Positions 1 to 8,729 of a stretch of 64,000 bases of DNA are shown here, in pieces. The DNA lies in contig JBHHYV010000002.1 of NCBI GenBank assembly GCA_046757685.1, forward strand, positions 8,598 to 72,597, written 5' to 3'. The notes under the pieces were generated by a model. The model did not search any database. It was not told where the DNA came from and worked only from the letters and a program-made list of their open reading frames with translations. How positions within the stretch are numbered: position 1 is the first letter of the stretch; each line of letters opens with the position of its first letter. The DNA comes from Myxococcota bacterium (lineage in GTDB: Bacteria > Myxococcota_A > UBA9160 > SZUA-336). The position numbers and the translations under genes are program-made.

Positions 1-673
1 CCGCCGCGCGATCGACCGCTGCAACCTGACGGTGCTCCTCGAGCCGGGACAGGAGGACACCGCGGAGTTCCTGGCCGAGTGGCGGGTCGCGATCGTCGCC
101 TCGCTGCCCTGCTACTCTCGAGAGAACGTCGATCGCCAGCGGGGCCGCGACGTCTTCACCCGTAGCATCGCGGCGCTGCGCCGGCTCAACCGCCTCGGCT
201 ACGCGCGACCCGGATCCGGGTTGGATCTGGACCTGGTCTACAACCCGCAGGGGCCCGAGCTCCCTCCGAGCCAGGAGGCGCTCGAGGCCCGCTACCGCGA
301 CGAGCTCGCGAGCCGCTACGGCGTTCGCTTCGGTCGCCTCTTCGCACTGGCCAACTGCCCGCTCGGCCGCTTCGCCTCCGATCTCGACAGGCAGCATCGG
401 CTCGAGTCCTACCAGGGGCTCCTCCGGGAGAGCTTCAACGAGCGCGCCGTCGCGGGGTTGATGTGCCGCCAGCTCGTCTCGATCGCCTGGGATGGCCGCC
501 TCCACGACTGCGACTTCCACCAGATGTCCGGGCTTCCGCTCGGGCGGGAGCACCTGCGCGTGTGGGACCTGGAGTCGTTCACCAAGCTGGATGGACGGGC
601 GGTCGCCACGGCTGCACACTGCTTTGCCTGCACCGCGGGCGCCGGTTCGAGCTGCACTGGAGCTCTCGCATGA
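1..673 (+). CDS. Radical SAM / Cys-rich C-terminal domain protein (ArsS-like, rSAM_SeCys-type). 3' fragment only; the 5' end lies upstream of the window.
   Basis: ORF track frame 32..673 is open to the window edge. Cys-rich tail ...HCFACTAGAGSSCTGALA is typical of the rSAM/Cys-rich family. The stop overlaps the next start (ATGA at 670-673). Confidence 0.55.
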   Translation, partial: RRAIDRCNLTVLLEPGQEDTAEFLAEWRVAIVASLPCYSRENVDRQRGRDVFTRSIAALRRLNRLGYARPGSGLDLDLVYNPQGPELPPSQEALEARYRDELASRYGVRFGRLFALANCPLGRFASDLDRQHRLESYQGLLRESFNERAVAGLMCRQLVSIAWDGRLHDCDFHQMSGLPLGREHLRVWDLESFTKLDGRAVATAAHCFACTAGAGSSCTGALA

Positions 674-1362
674 AGCACCGCAAGAGCCTGCTGATCGCTG
701 CCCTGGCAATCGCCGCGATCTGGGGTCTCGGCAGGCTCGCCGGGGGCTACCTGCCGGGGTTCCGGGACTGGGTCGCGGACCTCGGGGCCTGGGGGCCGCT
801 GGTCTTCATCGTCGGCTACGCGCTCGCGACGCTGGCGCTGATCCCGGGATCGGTGCTGACGCTCTCCGCGGGCGCGATCTTCGGCCTTGCCGAGGGAGTC
901 GTCTACGTGTTCGTGGCGGCCACGCTCGGTGCTTGCGGCGCCTTCCTGATCGGCCGTCACCTGGCGCGCTCGATGGTGGAGAAGCGCGTCGCCGCGAACC
1001 CTCGCTTCGCCGCGGTGGATCGGGCGATCGCCCAGTCGGGAGGGCGGATCGTGTTCCTGCTGCGCCTCTCGCCGGTCTTCCCGTTCACGTTCCTGAACTA
1101 CGCCCTCGGCCTCACGCGCGTGCGCTTCCGCGACTACACGCTCGCCTGCGTGGGGATGCTCCCCGGAACCCTGCTCTACGTCTACCTGGGCAAGGTCGCG
1201 GCCGAGGCCGCCACGCTCGCCGGAGGCGGGGCGAGCCCCCAGGGAGCCCTGCGTACGCTCGTCTGGGCGGTCGGCCTGGCCGCGACTGCGGCCGTCACCG
1301 TCTACGTCACGGCCATCGCTCGGCGCGCACTGCGCTCCCGGGTCGGCGTCGAGGCCCCGTAG
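670..1362 (+). CDS. TVP38/TMEM64 (DedA/SNARE-associated) family membrane protein
   Basis: Internal ATG at 670 in ORF 463..1362 (MKHRKSLLIAALAIAAIWGL...). Several hydrophobic helices and the motifs GYALATLALIPGSVLTLSAGAIFG / FLLRLSPVFPF. 4-nt overlap with the upstream gene. Confidence 0.75.
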   Translation: MKHRKSLLIAALAIAAIWGLGRLAGGYLPGFRDWVADLGAWGPLVFIVGYALATLALIPGSVLTLSAGAIFGLAEGVVYVFVAATLGACGAFLIGRHLARSMVEKRVAANPRFAAVDRAIAQSGGRIVFLLRLSPVFPFTFLNYALGLTRVRFRDYTLACVGMLPGTLLYVYLGKVAAEAATLAGGGASPQGALRTLVWAVGLAATAAVTVYVTAIARRALRSRVGVEAP

Positions 1363-1370
1363 GAGATCCC

Positions 1371-2891
1371 ATGCCCGAGATCGAGCTTCGCCCGGCGGAC
1401 CCCCACAACCGCAGGCTCCTCGCCAACGTGCACCCGGCGGACTGGGTCAATCCCGAGCCCCGGGGCCGCTACAACTTGGTCGTTCTCGGAGCTGGAACCG
1501 CAGGACTGATCACCGCCGCGGTCGCCGCCGGCCTCGGAGCGCGCGTCGCCCTGGTCGAGCGTCACCTGATGGGCGGCGACTGCCTCAACGTCGGCTGCGT
1601 CCCCTCGAAGGCGTTGATTCGCGCGTCGCGTGCGGCGGCCGAGGTCAGGCGCGCGCGAGAGTTCGGGATCCGGGTCGACGGGAAGATCGAGGTCGACTTC
1701 GCCGCCGTCATGGAGCGGTTGCGGCGCGCGCGCGCCGAGATCAGCCGCGACGACTCGGCTGAACGCTACCGTGACGAGCTGGGCGTGGACGTGTTCCTCG
1801 GAGAGGGCCGCTTTGCGGGTCGCGACCGCCTGCAGGTGGGCGAGGCTCAGCTGCGCTTCGCGCGCGCCGTGATCGCCACCGGTGCGCGGGCCACCGCGCC
1901 GCCGATTCCCGGCCTGGACGAGGCGGGGTTCCTGACGAACGAGAGCGTCTTCTCGCTCACCACCTGCCCCCCGCGGCTGGCCGTCATCGGCGCGGGGCCG
2001 ATCGGTTGCGAGCTGGCCCAGGCCTTCCAGCGGCTCGGCGCGCAGGTCCAGCTGCTCGAGATGGCTCCGCAGGTGCTGATTCGCGAAGACCCCGATGCAG
2101 CCGCCCTCGTCCAGGCGGCCCTCGTGCGCGACGGCGTAGAGCTGGTGCTGGACGCGCGCCTGGAGCGGGTGCGCAAGACGCCCGGGGGCAAGACGATCGA
2201 GTACACGCGTGGGGGCAGCCGCCAGTCGGTCGAGGTGGACGAGATCCTGGTGGGAGCCGGGCGGGCTCCCAACGTCGAGGGGCTCGGCCTCGAGCAGGCG
2301 GGGGTCGCGTTCGACCCGCGGCTCGGCGTCCGCGTCTCGGAGACCCTGCGCACTCGGAACCCACGCATCTGGGCCGCGGGCGACGTCTGCATGGCGTGGA
2401 AGTTCACGCACGCGGCCGAGGCGGCGGCCAAGATCGTGGTCCAGAACGCGCTCTTCCATCGCCGGCTGAAGCTCTCCCAGCTGGTCATGCCGTGGTGCAC
2501 CTACACCGACCCCGAGATCGCTCACGTGGGTCTCTACGAGGCCGAGGCGCGCGAGCGCGGAATCGAGGTCGAGACCTACCAGGTGCCGCTCGAGCGGGTG
2601 AACCGGGCGCTGCTCGACGGCGAGACCGAGGGCTTCGTGAAGCTCCACGTCCGCAAGGGAGGGGGTCGCCTGATTGGAGGGACGATCGTCGCCTCCCACG
2701 CGGGCGAGCTGATCAGCGAGCTGACGCTGGCGATGGTCGGAAAGCTCGGGCTCGGGACCGTGGCGAATACCGTCCATCCCTATCCGACGCAGGCCGAGGG
2801 CCTGCGCGCGGCGGCCAATGGCTACCTGCGATCGCGTCTGACGCCCCACGTGGCACGACTCTTCCGGAGCTGGCTCTCCCTGACCCGGTAG
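1371..2891 (+). CDS. FAD-dependent pyridine nucleotide-disulfide oxidoreductase (mercuric reductase / dihydrolipoamide dehydrogenase-like)
   Basis: ATG at 1371 with AGGAG 6 nt upstream. GAGTAG dinucleotide fold, redox CxxxxC (GGDCLNVGCVPSK) and a C-terminal dimerisation domain. Lies in-frame inside track ORF 492..2891. Confidence 0.85.
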   Translation: MPEIELRPADPHNRRLLANVHPADWVNPEPRGRYNLVVLGAGTAGLITAAVAAGLGARVALVERHLMGGDCLNVGCVPSKALIRASRAAAEVRRAREFGIRVDGKIEVDFAAVMERLRRARAEISRDDSAERYRDELGVDVFLGEGRFAGRDRLQVGEAQLRFARAVIATGARATAPPIPGLDEAGFLTNESVFSLTTCPPRLAVIGAGPIGCELAQAFQRLGAQVQLLEMAPQVLIREDPDAAALVQAALVRDGVELVLDARLERVRKTPGGKTIEYTRGGSRQSVEVDEILVGAGRAPNVEGLGLEQAGVAFDPRLGVRVSETLRTRNPRIWAAGDVCMAWKFTHAAEAAAKIVVQNALFHRRLKLSQLVMPWCTYTDPEIAHVGLYEAEARERGIEVETYQVPLERVNRALLDGETEGFVKLHVRKGGGRLIGGTIVASHAGELISELTLAMVGKLGLGTVANTVHPYPTQAEGLRAAANGYLRSRLTPHVARLFRSWLSLTR

Positions 2892-2909
2892 GCGAGACTT
2901 CCAGGGCCA

Positions 2910-3857
2910 ATGAGGCCCCTCTGTCGACCCTTCCGCTTCCCGGTTGCGGGTCTCCCAGCTGCGGCCGTTCTCATCGGACTCAGCCTGGCGTGCGGCCCCG
3001 GAGGCGAGGGAGCTCTCCCCTGGGGCTTCGATCGCCATCCCCTCCAGCGCTTCCGACTCCAGTCGAACGCAGACGTGGTGGTGGATGGAGAGCCCGTCCG
3101 CGTGCAGCAGCTCGCCGAGGTTCACTTGGTCCTGCGCTCCGATCCCGACCCCGGGGGAGACCGGCCCGAGCTCGCGCTCTTCCTCGAGCGCTACTACTCC
3201 CACACGCAGGGAGGGCCCGGCGGCGAGAGCGAGCTGGCACTCTCGCACGACGGCCTCGTCAGTCGGATCCACCCCGATGCCGAGGTCGTGCTCGCCCCGG
3301 GCGACCCCGCACCCGGGGGGCAATCGGTGCTGGATCTGCTGGCACAGCCGCTGTCGGGCGTCTTTCTCTCCGGCGCGGAGCCGCGGGTGGGGACACCCTG
3401 GCACAGCCACAATCCCGTGCTGTCGCAGATCCGGCTGATCGACTGGCTGCTCTTTGCGCTGCCCCCGTCGGCCCCCGAGGGCGTCGGGAGCTGGGAGGTG
3501 CGGCGCTGGGTTCCCACGGTGGGTCGCTACGACCTGGGGATCGAGCTGGCCCTCCGCCAGCAGCGAACGGCCCTCGACAGCGAGGGGGCCGAGCTCGTGC
3601 GCTCCAGCGGACTCGCCCAACGTCGCGGCCTGCGCATCGCGCCCGGCCTTACGGGAGACCTGCGTCTGGACACGACCGGGGAGGCGAAGGTGGGGCCGGA
3701 CGGACGGGTCCGACAGGCGTTGCTCGAGCTGCGCATGCAGCTCCACGCGCCCGACGGACGCGAGGTCTCGGCCCGCTACCGGCTCGACGTGCAGTGTCTG
3801 GAGTGCGAGGAGGCGGTCAATCCCGCGGCGGAGACGCCCGATACGCTGATACAGTGA
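2910..3857 (+). CDS. Hypothetical lipoprotein
   Basis: ORF 2910..3857. N-terminus MRPLCRPFRFPVAGLPAAAVLIGLSLACG has a lipobox-like LSLAC. No recognisable family. Confidence 0.55.
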   Translation: MRPLCRPFRFPVAGLPAAAVLIGLSLACGPGGEGALPWGFDRHPLQRFRLQSNADVVVDGEPVRVQQLAEVHLVLRSDPDPGGDRPELALFLERYYSHTQGGPGGESELALSHDGLVSRIHPDAEVVLAPGDPAPGGQSVLDLLAQPLSGVFLSGAEPRVGTPWHSHNPVLSQIRLIDWLLFALPPSAPEGVGSWEVRRWVPTVGRYDLGIELALRQQRTALDSEGAELVRSSGLAQRRGLRIAPGLTGDLRLDTTGEAKVGPDGRVRQALLELRMQLHAPDGREVSARYRLDVQCLECEEAVNPAAETPDTLIQ

Positions 3858-3898
3858 GACCCCATCACAGCAAGGACACCTGGATCGTGTTCCGCATC

Positions 3899-4513
3899 AT
3901 GGCGGAGTTCGTCGAGGGGTTCGAGACGCTCTCGCCCGTGTGGCCGGCCGTCGCGGTCTTCGGCGGCGCTCGGGTCCTGCCGGGGAGCCCGGTATGGGAG
4001 CATGCCCAGGCGATCGGGGTCGAGCTGGGTCGGCGTGGGTTCGCGGTCATCACCGGGGGAGGACCGGGCGCCATGGAGGCCGCGAACCTGGGGGCGCGCA
4101 GCGCGGGAGCCCAGTCGATCGGTCTCAACATCAAGCTGCCCGACGAGCAGGCCGCCAACCCGCATGCGGATCCGGTGATCCACTTCGACTACTTCTTCGT
4201 GCGCAAGGTCATGTTCGTCAAGTACTCCTGTGCCTTCGTGGGGCTCCCGGGCGGATTCGGAACCCTCGACGAGATGTTCGAGTGCCTGACGCTGAAGCAG
4301 ACCGGCAAGATGAAGAACTTCCCGGTCATCCTCTTCGGCAGCGAGTACTGGGGCGGTCTGCTCGACTGGATGCGCTCGCGGCTCGTCGGCATGGGGCTGG
4401 TCTCGGAGAGTGATCTCGACCTCTTCCGGATCACCGATTCCCCCAGCGAGGTCGCCGACCTCGTCGAGGCGGGCCTGCACGACTCGGGCGAGGCTCCCGC
4501 CAATCGGATCTGA
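3899..4513 (+). CDS. LOG family protein (TIGR00730; cytokinin riboside 5'-monophosphate phosphoribohydrolase-like)
   Basis: In-frame ATG at 3899 within ORF 2006..4513. Motifs VFGGARV, GGGPGAMEA and PGGFGTLDE are typical of the LOG/YvdD family. Confidence 0.8.
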   Translation: MAEFVEGFETLSPVWPAVAVFGGARVLPGSPVWEHAQAIGVELGRRGFAVITGGGPGAMEAANLGARSAGAQSIGLNIKLPDEQAANPHADPVIHFDYFFVRKVMFVKYSCAFVGLPGGFGTLDEMFECLTLKQTGKMKNFPVILFGSEYWGGLLDWMRSRLVGMGLVSESDLDLFRITDSPSEVADLVEAGLHDSGEAPANRI

Positions 4514-4517
4514 CGCC

Positions 4518-4532
4518 CCCGCTCCCGGCGGG
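4518..4532. terminator. Short GC hairpin (CCCGC-tcccg-GCGGG) between the convergent LOG and emrB-like genes; possible bidirectional terminator
   Basis: Inverted repeat read directly at 4518-4532. No clear U-tract, so weak. Confidence 0.2.
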
Positions 4533-4533
4533 C

Positions 4534-6192
4534 TCAGGCGCTCTGGCTCCACTCTTCGATCTCCTCGTCGAGCGTGACCGGCGCCGCGGACTCCCCGCGG
4601 CGCTCGGCTTCTCGCGCCTGGAGCGCTTCGCGCGCGCCCCGGCCCAGGAAGAAGAGCAGGGGGCTCGCGACCAGGCAGACGGCACCGATGAAGACGTAGG
4701 CATCCTCGAACGCCAGAACCTGCGCCTGCAGGCCGAGCATTCCGTCGAGCGCCCGGTGCGCGGCGTGCAGGGCACTCGTCGGATCGAGCCCGCGGAGCTC
4801 GAAGAGCCCTCGGACCGCGCCCAGCCGTTGGCCGGCCATCGGATCGAGCAGGCCCACGTGCTCGCTCAGATACACCTTGTGCACGGTCGCGCGCTGGTCG
4901 AGAAGGGTGCCCAGGACCGCGATGCCCATGCTGCCCCCCAGCTGCCGGAACAGGTTGTAGAGCCCGGCCCCCTTGGTCACGTCCGTCGTCGGCAACGTCC
5001 GCAGGGTCGCGGTGGAGAGCGGCACGAACATCGCGCCCATCGCGATGCCGCGCATCACCTGCGGCCAGAAGATGTCGTCCCATCCCGACAGGTGATTCCA
5101 GTGCGCCATCCCGTAGAGGGCGACGCCAAAGACGCCGAGACCGAACGTGAACAGGGGTCGCGGCCCGAGCGGCCAGACCAGACGGCCCACGATCAGCATC
5201 GAGACCGCGGTCGCGATGCTCGAGGGCAGGATCGCCATGCCGGACTGCCAGGCCGTCCAGCCGAGCAGCGACTGGGAGTAGAGCGGAAACAGGAAGATGC
5301 TGCCGTAGAGACCGACTCCCATGACGAAGCCCAGCAGGCAGCCGACGGTCAGGCTGGGATGGCGCAGCACCCGCAGGTCGACGACCGGCTCGGGAGCCGT
5401 GAGCTCACGGACCACGAAGGCGACCCCTCCGAGCCCGGCCGTCACAGCGAGCACCCGGATGAAGCTGCTATCGAACCAGTCGAGTCGGTGGCCCCGCTCG
5501 AGCAGGATCTGCAGCGCACCCACCGAGACGATCAGCAGGGCGATCCCCGCGTAGTCGACGCGCATCTTCTTTCGACCCGAGAGATGGCGCGGGTTCTCGA
5601 TGAAGACCACGCACAGGAACGCTGCCAGCAGGCCGAGCGGGAGGTTGATGTAGAAGACCCAGGGCCACGAGAAGGTATCGGTGATCCAGCCTCCCAGCGT
5701 CGGACCCAGGCTGGGCCCGATCATCGCGCCGACCCCGAAGATCGCCTGACCCACACCCTGCCGCGAGGGCGGGAAGGTCTCGATCATCACCGACTGGGCC
5801 GTCGCGAGCAACGCTCCCCCCCCGCAGCCCTGGATCACGCGGAAGATCACCAGCTCTCCCAGGGACGTGCTGTTTCCGCACGCGACCGAGGCGGCAGTAA
5901 AGAGCAGGATCGATCCGGTCAGGTAGCGCTTGCGTCCGAAGCGGCTCGAGAGCCAGCTGGTCATCGGGATGACGATCACGTTCGAGACGATGTAGCCGGT
6001 CACGACCCAGCCGATCTCGTCGATCGTGGCGCCCAGGTTCCCCATCATGTCGGGAAGCGCCACGTTGACGATGCTCGAGTCGATGATCTCGAGGATCACG
6101 GCCAGCATGACCGCGAACACGATCATCAGGGTCCGAAAGTCGAGCCGGAACTCCTCGCCGCCGTCGGCGCTCGCCTCAGGGATGCTGGACAC
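4534..6192 (-). CDS. emrB: MFS transporter, DHA2 (EmrB/QacA) family efflux permease
   Basis: ORF 4534..6321 trimmed to GTG at 6192 (VSSIPEASADGGEEFRLDFRTLMIVFAVMLAVILE...), which aligns with the EmrB N-terminus. About 14 TM helices. Overlaps the emrA-like stop by 17 nt. Confidence 0.85.
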   Translation of the reverse strand: MSSIPEASADGGEEFRLDFRTLMIVFAVMLAVILEIIDSSIVNVALPDMMGNLGATIDEIGWVVTGYIVSNVIVIPMTSWLSSRFGRKRYLTGSILLFTAASVACGNSTSLGELVIFRVIQGCGGGALLATAQSVMIETFPPSRQGVGQAIFGVGAMIGPSLGPTLGGWITDTFSWPWVFYINLPLGLLAAFLCVVFIENPRHLSGRKKMRVDYAGIALLIVSVGALQILLERGHRLDWFDSSFIRVLAVTAGLGGVAFVVRELTAPEPVVDLRVLRHPSLTVGCLLGFVMGVGLYGSIFLFPLYSQSLLGWTAWQSGMAILPSSIATAVSMLIVGRLVWPLGPRPLFTFGLGVFGVALYGMAHWNHLSGWDDIFWPQVMRGIAMGAMFVPLSTATLRTLPTTDVTKGAGLYNLFRQLGGSMGIAVLGTLLDQRATVHKVYLSEHVGLLDPMAGQRLGAVRGLFELRGLDPTSALHAAHRALDGMLGLQAQVLAFEDAYVFIGAVCLVASPLLFFLGRGAREALQAREAERRGESAAPVTLDEEIEEWSQSA

Positions 6193-7210
6193 GGACCCGC
6201 ACTCCCACCGAGAGGCCGACGGCGAGCGCCGGCGGAGCGTTCGAAGTGTCCGGGGCCGGTGGGTCGAGGGCGATCCGTACCGGCACGCGCTGCACGACCT
6301 TCGTAAAGTTGCCCGTCGCATTGTCGGGCGGGATCAGGGCGTACTTGGCTCCGGTCGCGGGAGCGAGCGACTCGATGTGACCCCTCCAGACCCGGTCCGG
6401 GTACGCGTCGACGCGCACCTCGGCGGCATCCCCCACCGTCATGCGCCCGATCTGCGTCTCCTTGAAGTTCGCGACGACCCAGCGCGGCTCGTCCTGCGCG
6501 AGCGCCAGCAGGGGCTGGCCGGCCGCCACGTTCTGGCCGAGGCTCACGTTCTTGCGCCCGACGACTCCGTCGAAGGGCGCCACGAGCGTCGCATACGACA
6601 GGGCCAGCTCGGCCTCGTGGAGAGCGGCCTCGGCCAGGCGTACGGGCGCGCGATTTCCCAGCACCGCCCGCGCCGCCTCGGCGCGCTGCTCCGCCGCACG
6701 CTCGCGGGCCCGAGCCGCGTCACGCGCGGCCAGCGCATCGTCGAGCGCCACCGCGCTCGCCACGTCCCGGTCCTGCAGGGCGCGCACGCGCGCAACCTCT
6801 CGCTGCGCGTGCTCGCGCGCCACGCGCGCGGCGCTGCGGTCCGCCTCGGCCGCTGCTGCGGAGGCGGCGGCCGAGGCCAGCCTGTTGCGTGCCGCGTCCA
6901 GGTTGGCGCGCTCGCGCTCCACGCGCACCTCGAAGTCCCGAGGGTCGAGGCGAACGAGTACGTCCCCCCTGTGCACGTGCTGGTTCGTCTCCACGGGAAC
7001 CTCGAGCACGTGCCCTCCCACACGGGTGCTCAGCAGCACCAGCGTCGCCTCGACGTAGGCGTCATCCGTGCTCTCTCGCCAGCGCAGGTCGCGCATCCAG
7101 TGCACCGAGGCGAGGACCACGCCGACGAGCGTCACGACCCCCACCGTCGCGCCTGCGATCCGCACCCGAAAGCTGCGCTGCGCGTCCGCCTGGGGACCCG
7201 GCTCGCTCAT
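6176..7210 (-). CDS. emrA: HlyD/EmrA-family membrane fusion protein (efflux periplasmic adaptor)
   Basis: ORF 6176..7243 trimmed to ATG 7210 (MSEPGPQ...). N-terminal TM helix, coiled-coil region and C-terminal beta domain. ATGA overlap with the TetR gene. Confidence 0.8.
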   Translation of the reverse strand: MSEPGPQADAQRSFRVRIAGATVGVVTLVGVVLASVHWMRDLRWRESTDDAYVEATLVLLSTRVGGHVLEVPVETNQHVHRGDVLVRLDPRDFEVRVERERANLDAARNRLASAAASAAAAEADRSAARVAREHAQREVARVRALQDRDVASAVALDDALAARDAARARERAAEQRAEAARAVLGNRAPVRLAEAALHEAELALSYATLVAPFDGVVGRKNVSLGQNVAAGQPLLALAQDEPRWVVANFKETQIGRMTVGDAAEVRVDAYPDRVWRGHIESLAPATGAKYALIPPDNATGNFTKVVQRVPVRIALDPPAPDTSNAPPALAVGLSVGVRVRVQHP

Positions 7211-7875
7211 CGCACAGCCTCCGGGGGGCGGCGGACTCCGCACAGGAAGATCGAGACGAAGGTGTCGGTCACCACCTGGGAGGACTGCGGGTAGATCTGC
7301 CGCTGGCCGAAGATCTCGCGCACGATCAGGTGGTCGATGACCATCCCCAGGAAGGCGCGCGCCGCCAGCATGGGGTCGAGCTCACGGAAGGCCCCCTCTC
7401 GGGAGCGGCGCTCGATGTAGCCCGCCAGGAACCTCCGGAGTCTCTGGATGCGCGTCTCGAAGAAGGGTGCGGCGAGGGCGTGGCCCTCGAGCGCGGTGTA
7501 GAGCAGGATCCGGAGGAACGAGGGGTCCGCCTCGATGGTCTCGACGATCACCCGCGCCAGGCCCTCGAAGACGGCCCGGTCCTCGCCCGCCGCCGCCGCT
7601 GCCGCCACCCCCTCGAGCGGATCGGGCGCCTGGATCTTCTCGTGGATGATCGCGGAGTAGAGGGCCTCCTTGTTCTCGAAGTAGCGATAGAGCGCGGCCT
7701 CGGTGATTCCGACCCGGCGGGCGACCTCGCGGGTGGTCGTGCCGCGAAAGCCGCTGGTCGCGAAGCAGTGAAGGGCCTCACGCAGGATCTGGCGGCGACG
7801 CTCCGGCCCGCCGGGCCGGGATCCCTGGAGCCGGGCCGAGGGCTTGCGCGCGCTTCCTTCGGGGTGTTCTGGCAT
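7207..7875 (-). CDS. TetR/AcrR family transcriptional regulator
   Basis: ORF 7207..7875. HTH region ...GFRGTTTREVARRVGITEAALYRYFENKEAL. First gene of the tetR-emrA-emrB operon. Confidence 0.85.
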   Translation of the reverse strand: MPEHPEGSARKPSARLQGSRPGGPERRRQILREALHCFATSGFRGTTTREVARRVGITEAALYRYFENKEALYSAIIHEKIQAPDPLEGVAAAAAAGEDRAVFEGLARVIVETIEADPSFLRILLYTALEGHALAAPFFETRIQRLRRFLAGYIERRSREGAFRELDPMLAARAFLGMVIDHLIVREIFGQRQIYPQSSQVVTDTFVSIFLCGVRRPPEAVR

Positions 7876-7944
7876 CGGGTCCCCCAGACCGAGGGGCGGG
7901 CGAGAGCCCGTCGCCTGGACACTCGCAGCCCTCGAACGAGGGAA

Positions 7945-7961
7945 TAAGTAAACGCTTACTA
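7945..7961. promoter_or_regulatory. Imperfect palindrome TAAGTAAACGCTTACTA (core AGTAA-N4-TTACT) in an AT-rich patch about 70 nt upstream of the tetR start; candidate TetR operator or promoter
   Basis: Read directly from sequence. It is the only AT-rich stretch in the tetR upstream region of an otherwise GC-rich locus. Confidence 0.3.
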
Positions 7962-8003
7962 ACCTAGGTCGTCAAGCTGGGCCGCTCCAGCCGAGGACGC
8001 AGA

Positions 8004-8216
8004 TCAGGAGCGAGCCGCGGAGGGCGCCCGCCGCTGGTGCCGATACAGCTGCTCCAGCTCCTCCCAGGACTCGTCGCCCGAGAGGATCCGGTAGTGGCGG
8101 CCGTGCCTCTCGACGAGGGCATCGCCGACCAGGAAGCGCTCGAGCTCGGGCTCGAGGTCCTGGAGGGCGAGGGCGACCGGATCCTGGAGCGCGGAGCGGG
8201 GCTGGTAGATGTCCAT
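8004..8216 (-). CDS. Candidate small acidic protein (70 aa) in the tetR-FHA intergenic region
   Basis: ATG at 8216 (MDIYQPRSALQDPVALALQDLEPELERFLVGDALVERHGRHYRILSGDESWEELEQLYRHQRRAPSAARS). Third-codon-position G/C is near 90% in this frame and the composition is protein-like, not Arg/Pro/Ala junk. It is the 3' tail of an otherwise antisense track ORF (8004..9884). No SD sequence seen. Confidence 0.35.
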   Translation of the reverse strand: MDIYQPRSALQDPVALALQDLEPELERFLVGDALVERHGRHYRILSGDESWEELEQLYRHQRRAPSAARS

Positions 8217-8432
8217 GCCGGGAGGGGGGGAGCAACCTGCGTGCCGGCGTGCGAGGCGCGCGGGAGGCCCCACGGGCTGCGAGAGGGAGCTTTCCTCTCC
8301 AATCTGGGCCAGGCATCGCCCCCGATGGAGCGTCGGTCGAGTAGCGGCGGAGGGGGACCCAGGCGCGCGCCCTCTCAAGCGCACGCCGACCAGCGCCGAT
8401 CCCGGAGGGCCGACTCGCGGGGGAGGTGCGCG

Positions 8433-8729
8433 GTGCGCAGGGCGAGCCTGACCATCAAGAGCGGTGGCTTCTGCGGCAACCGCTTCGAGATCTCTCGACC
8501 CGAGGTACTGATCGGGCGCACCCCGACCTCGGACCTGACGCTCGTCGATGACGGCATCAGCCGGGAGCACGCGATGATCGTCTGGGAGGACGACCGCTTC
8601 TCGATCGAGGACCTGCAGAGCACGAACGGCACCCGCGTCAACGGCAAGCCCGTCCGCTCGGTCGAGCTGGCGGACGGAGACGAGATCCAGATCGGGAACA
8701 CCCTCTTCGTCCTCGAGATCGAGGGCTAG
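8433..8729 (+). CDS. Small FHA-domain protein
   Basis: GTG at 8433 preceded by GGGGGAGG (8419-8426). VRRASLTIKSGGFCGNRFEISRPEVLIGRTP...GTRVNGKPV...IGNTLFVLE is a classic FHA fold. An alternative in-frame ATG lies at 8325. Confidence 0.7.
   Translation: MRRASLTIKSGGFCGNRFEISRPEVLIGRTPTSDLTLVDDGISREHAMIVWEDDRFSIEDLQSTNGTRVNGKPVRSVELADGDEIQIGNTLFVLEIEG

Noticed and set aside
1302-3746. 814-aa minus-strand ORF spanning the disulfide reductase and lipoprotein genes
   Set aside because: Arg/Pro/Ala/Gly-dominated translation with no domains. It is the antisense frame of well-supported plus-strand genes, a typical high-GC artefact.
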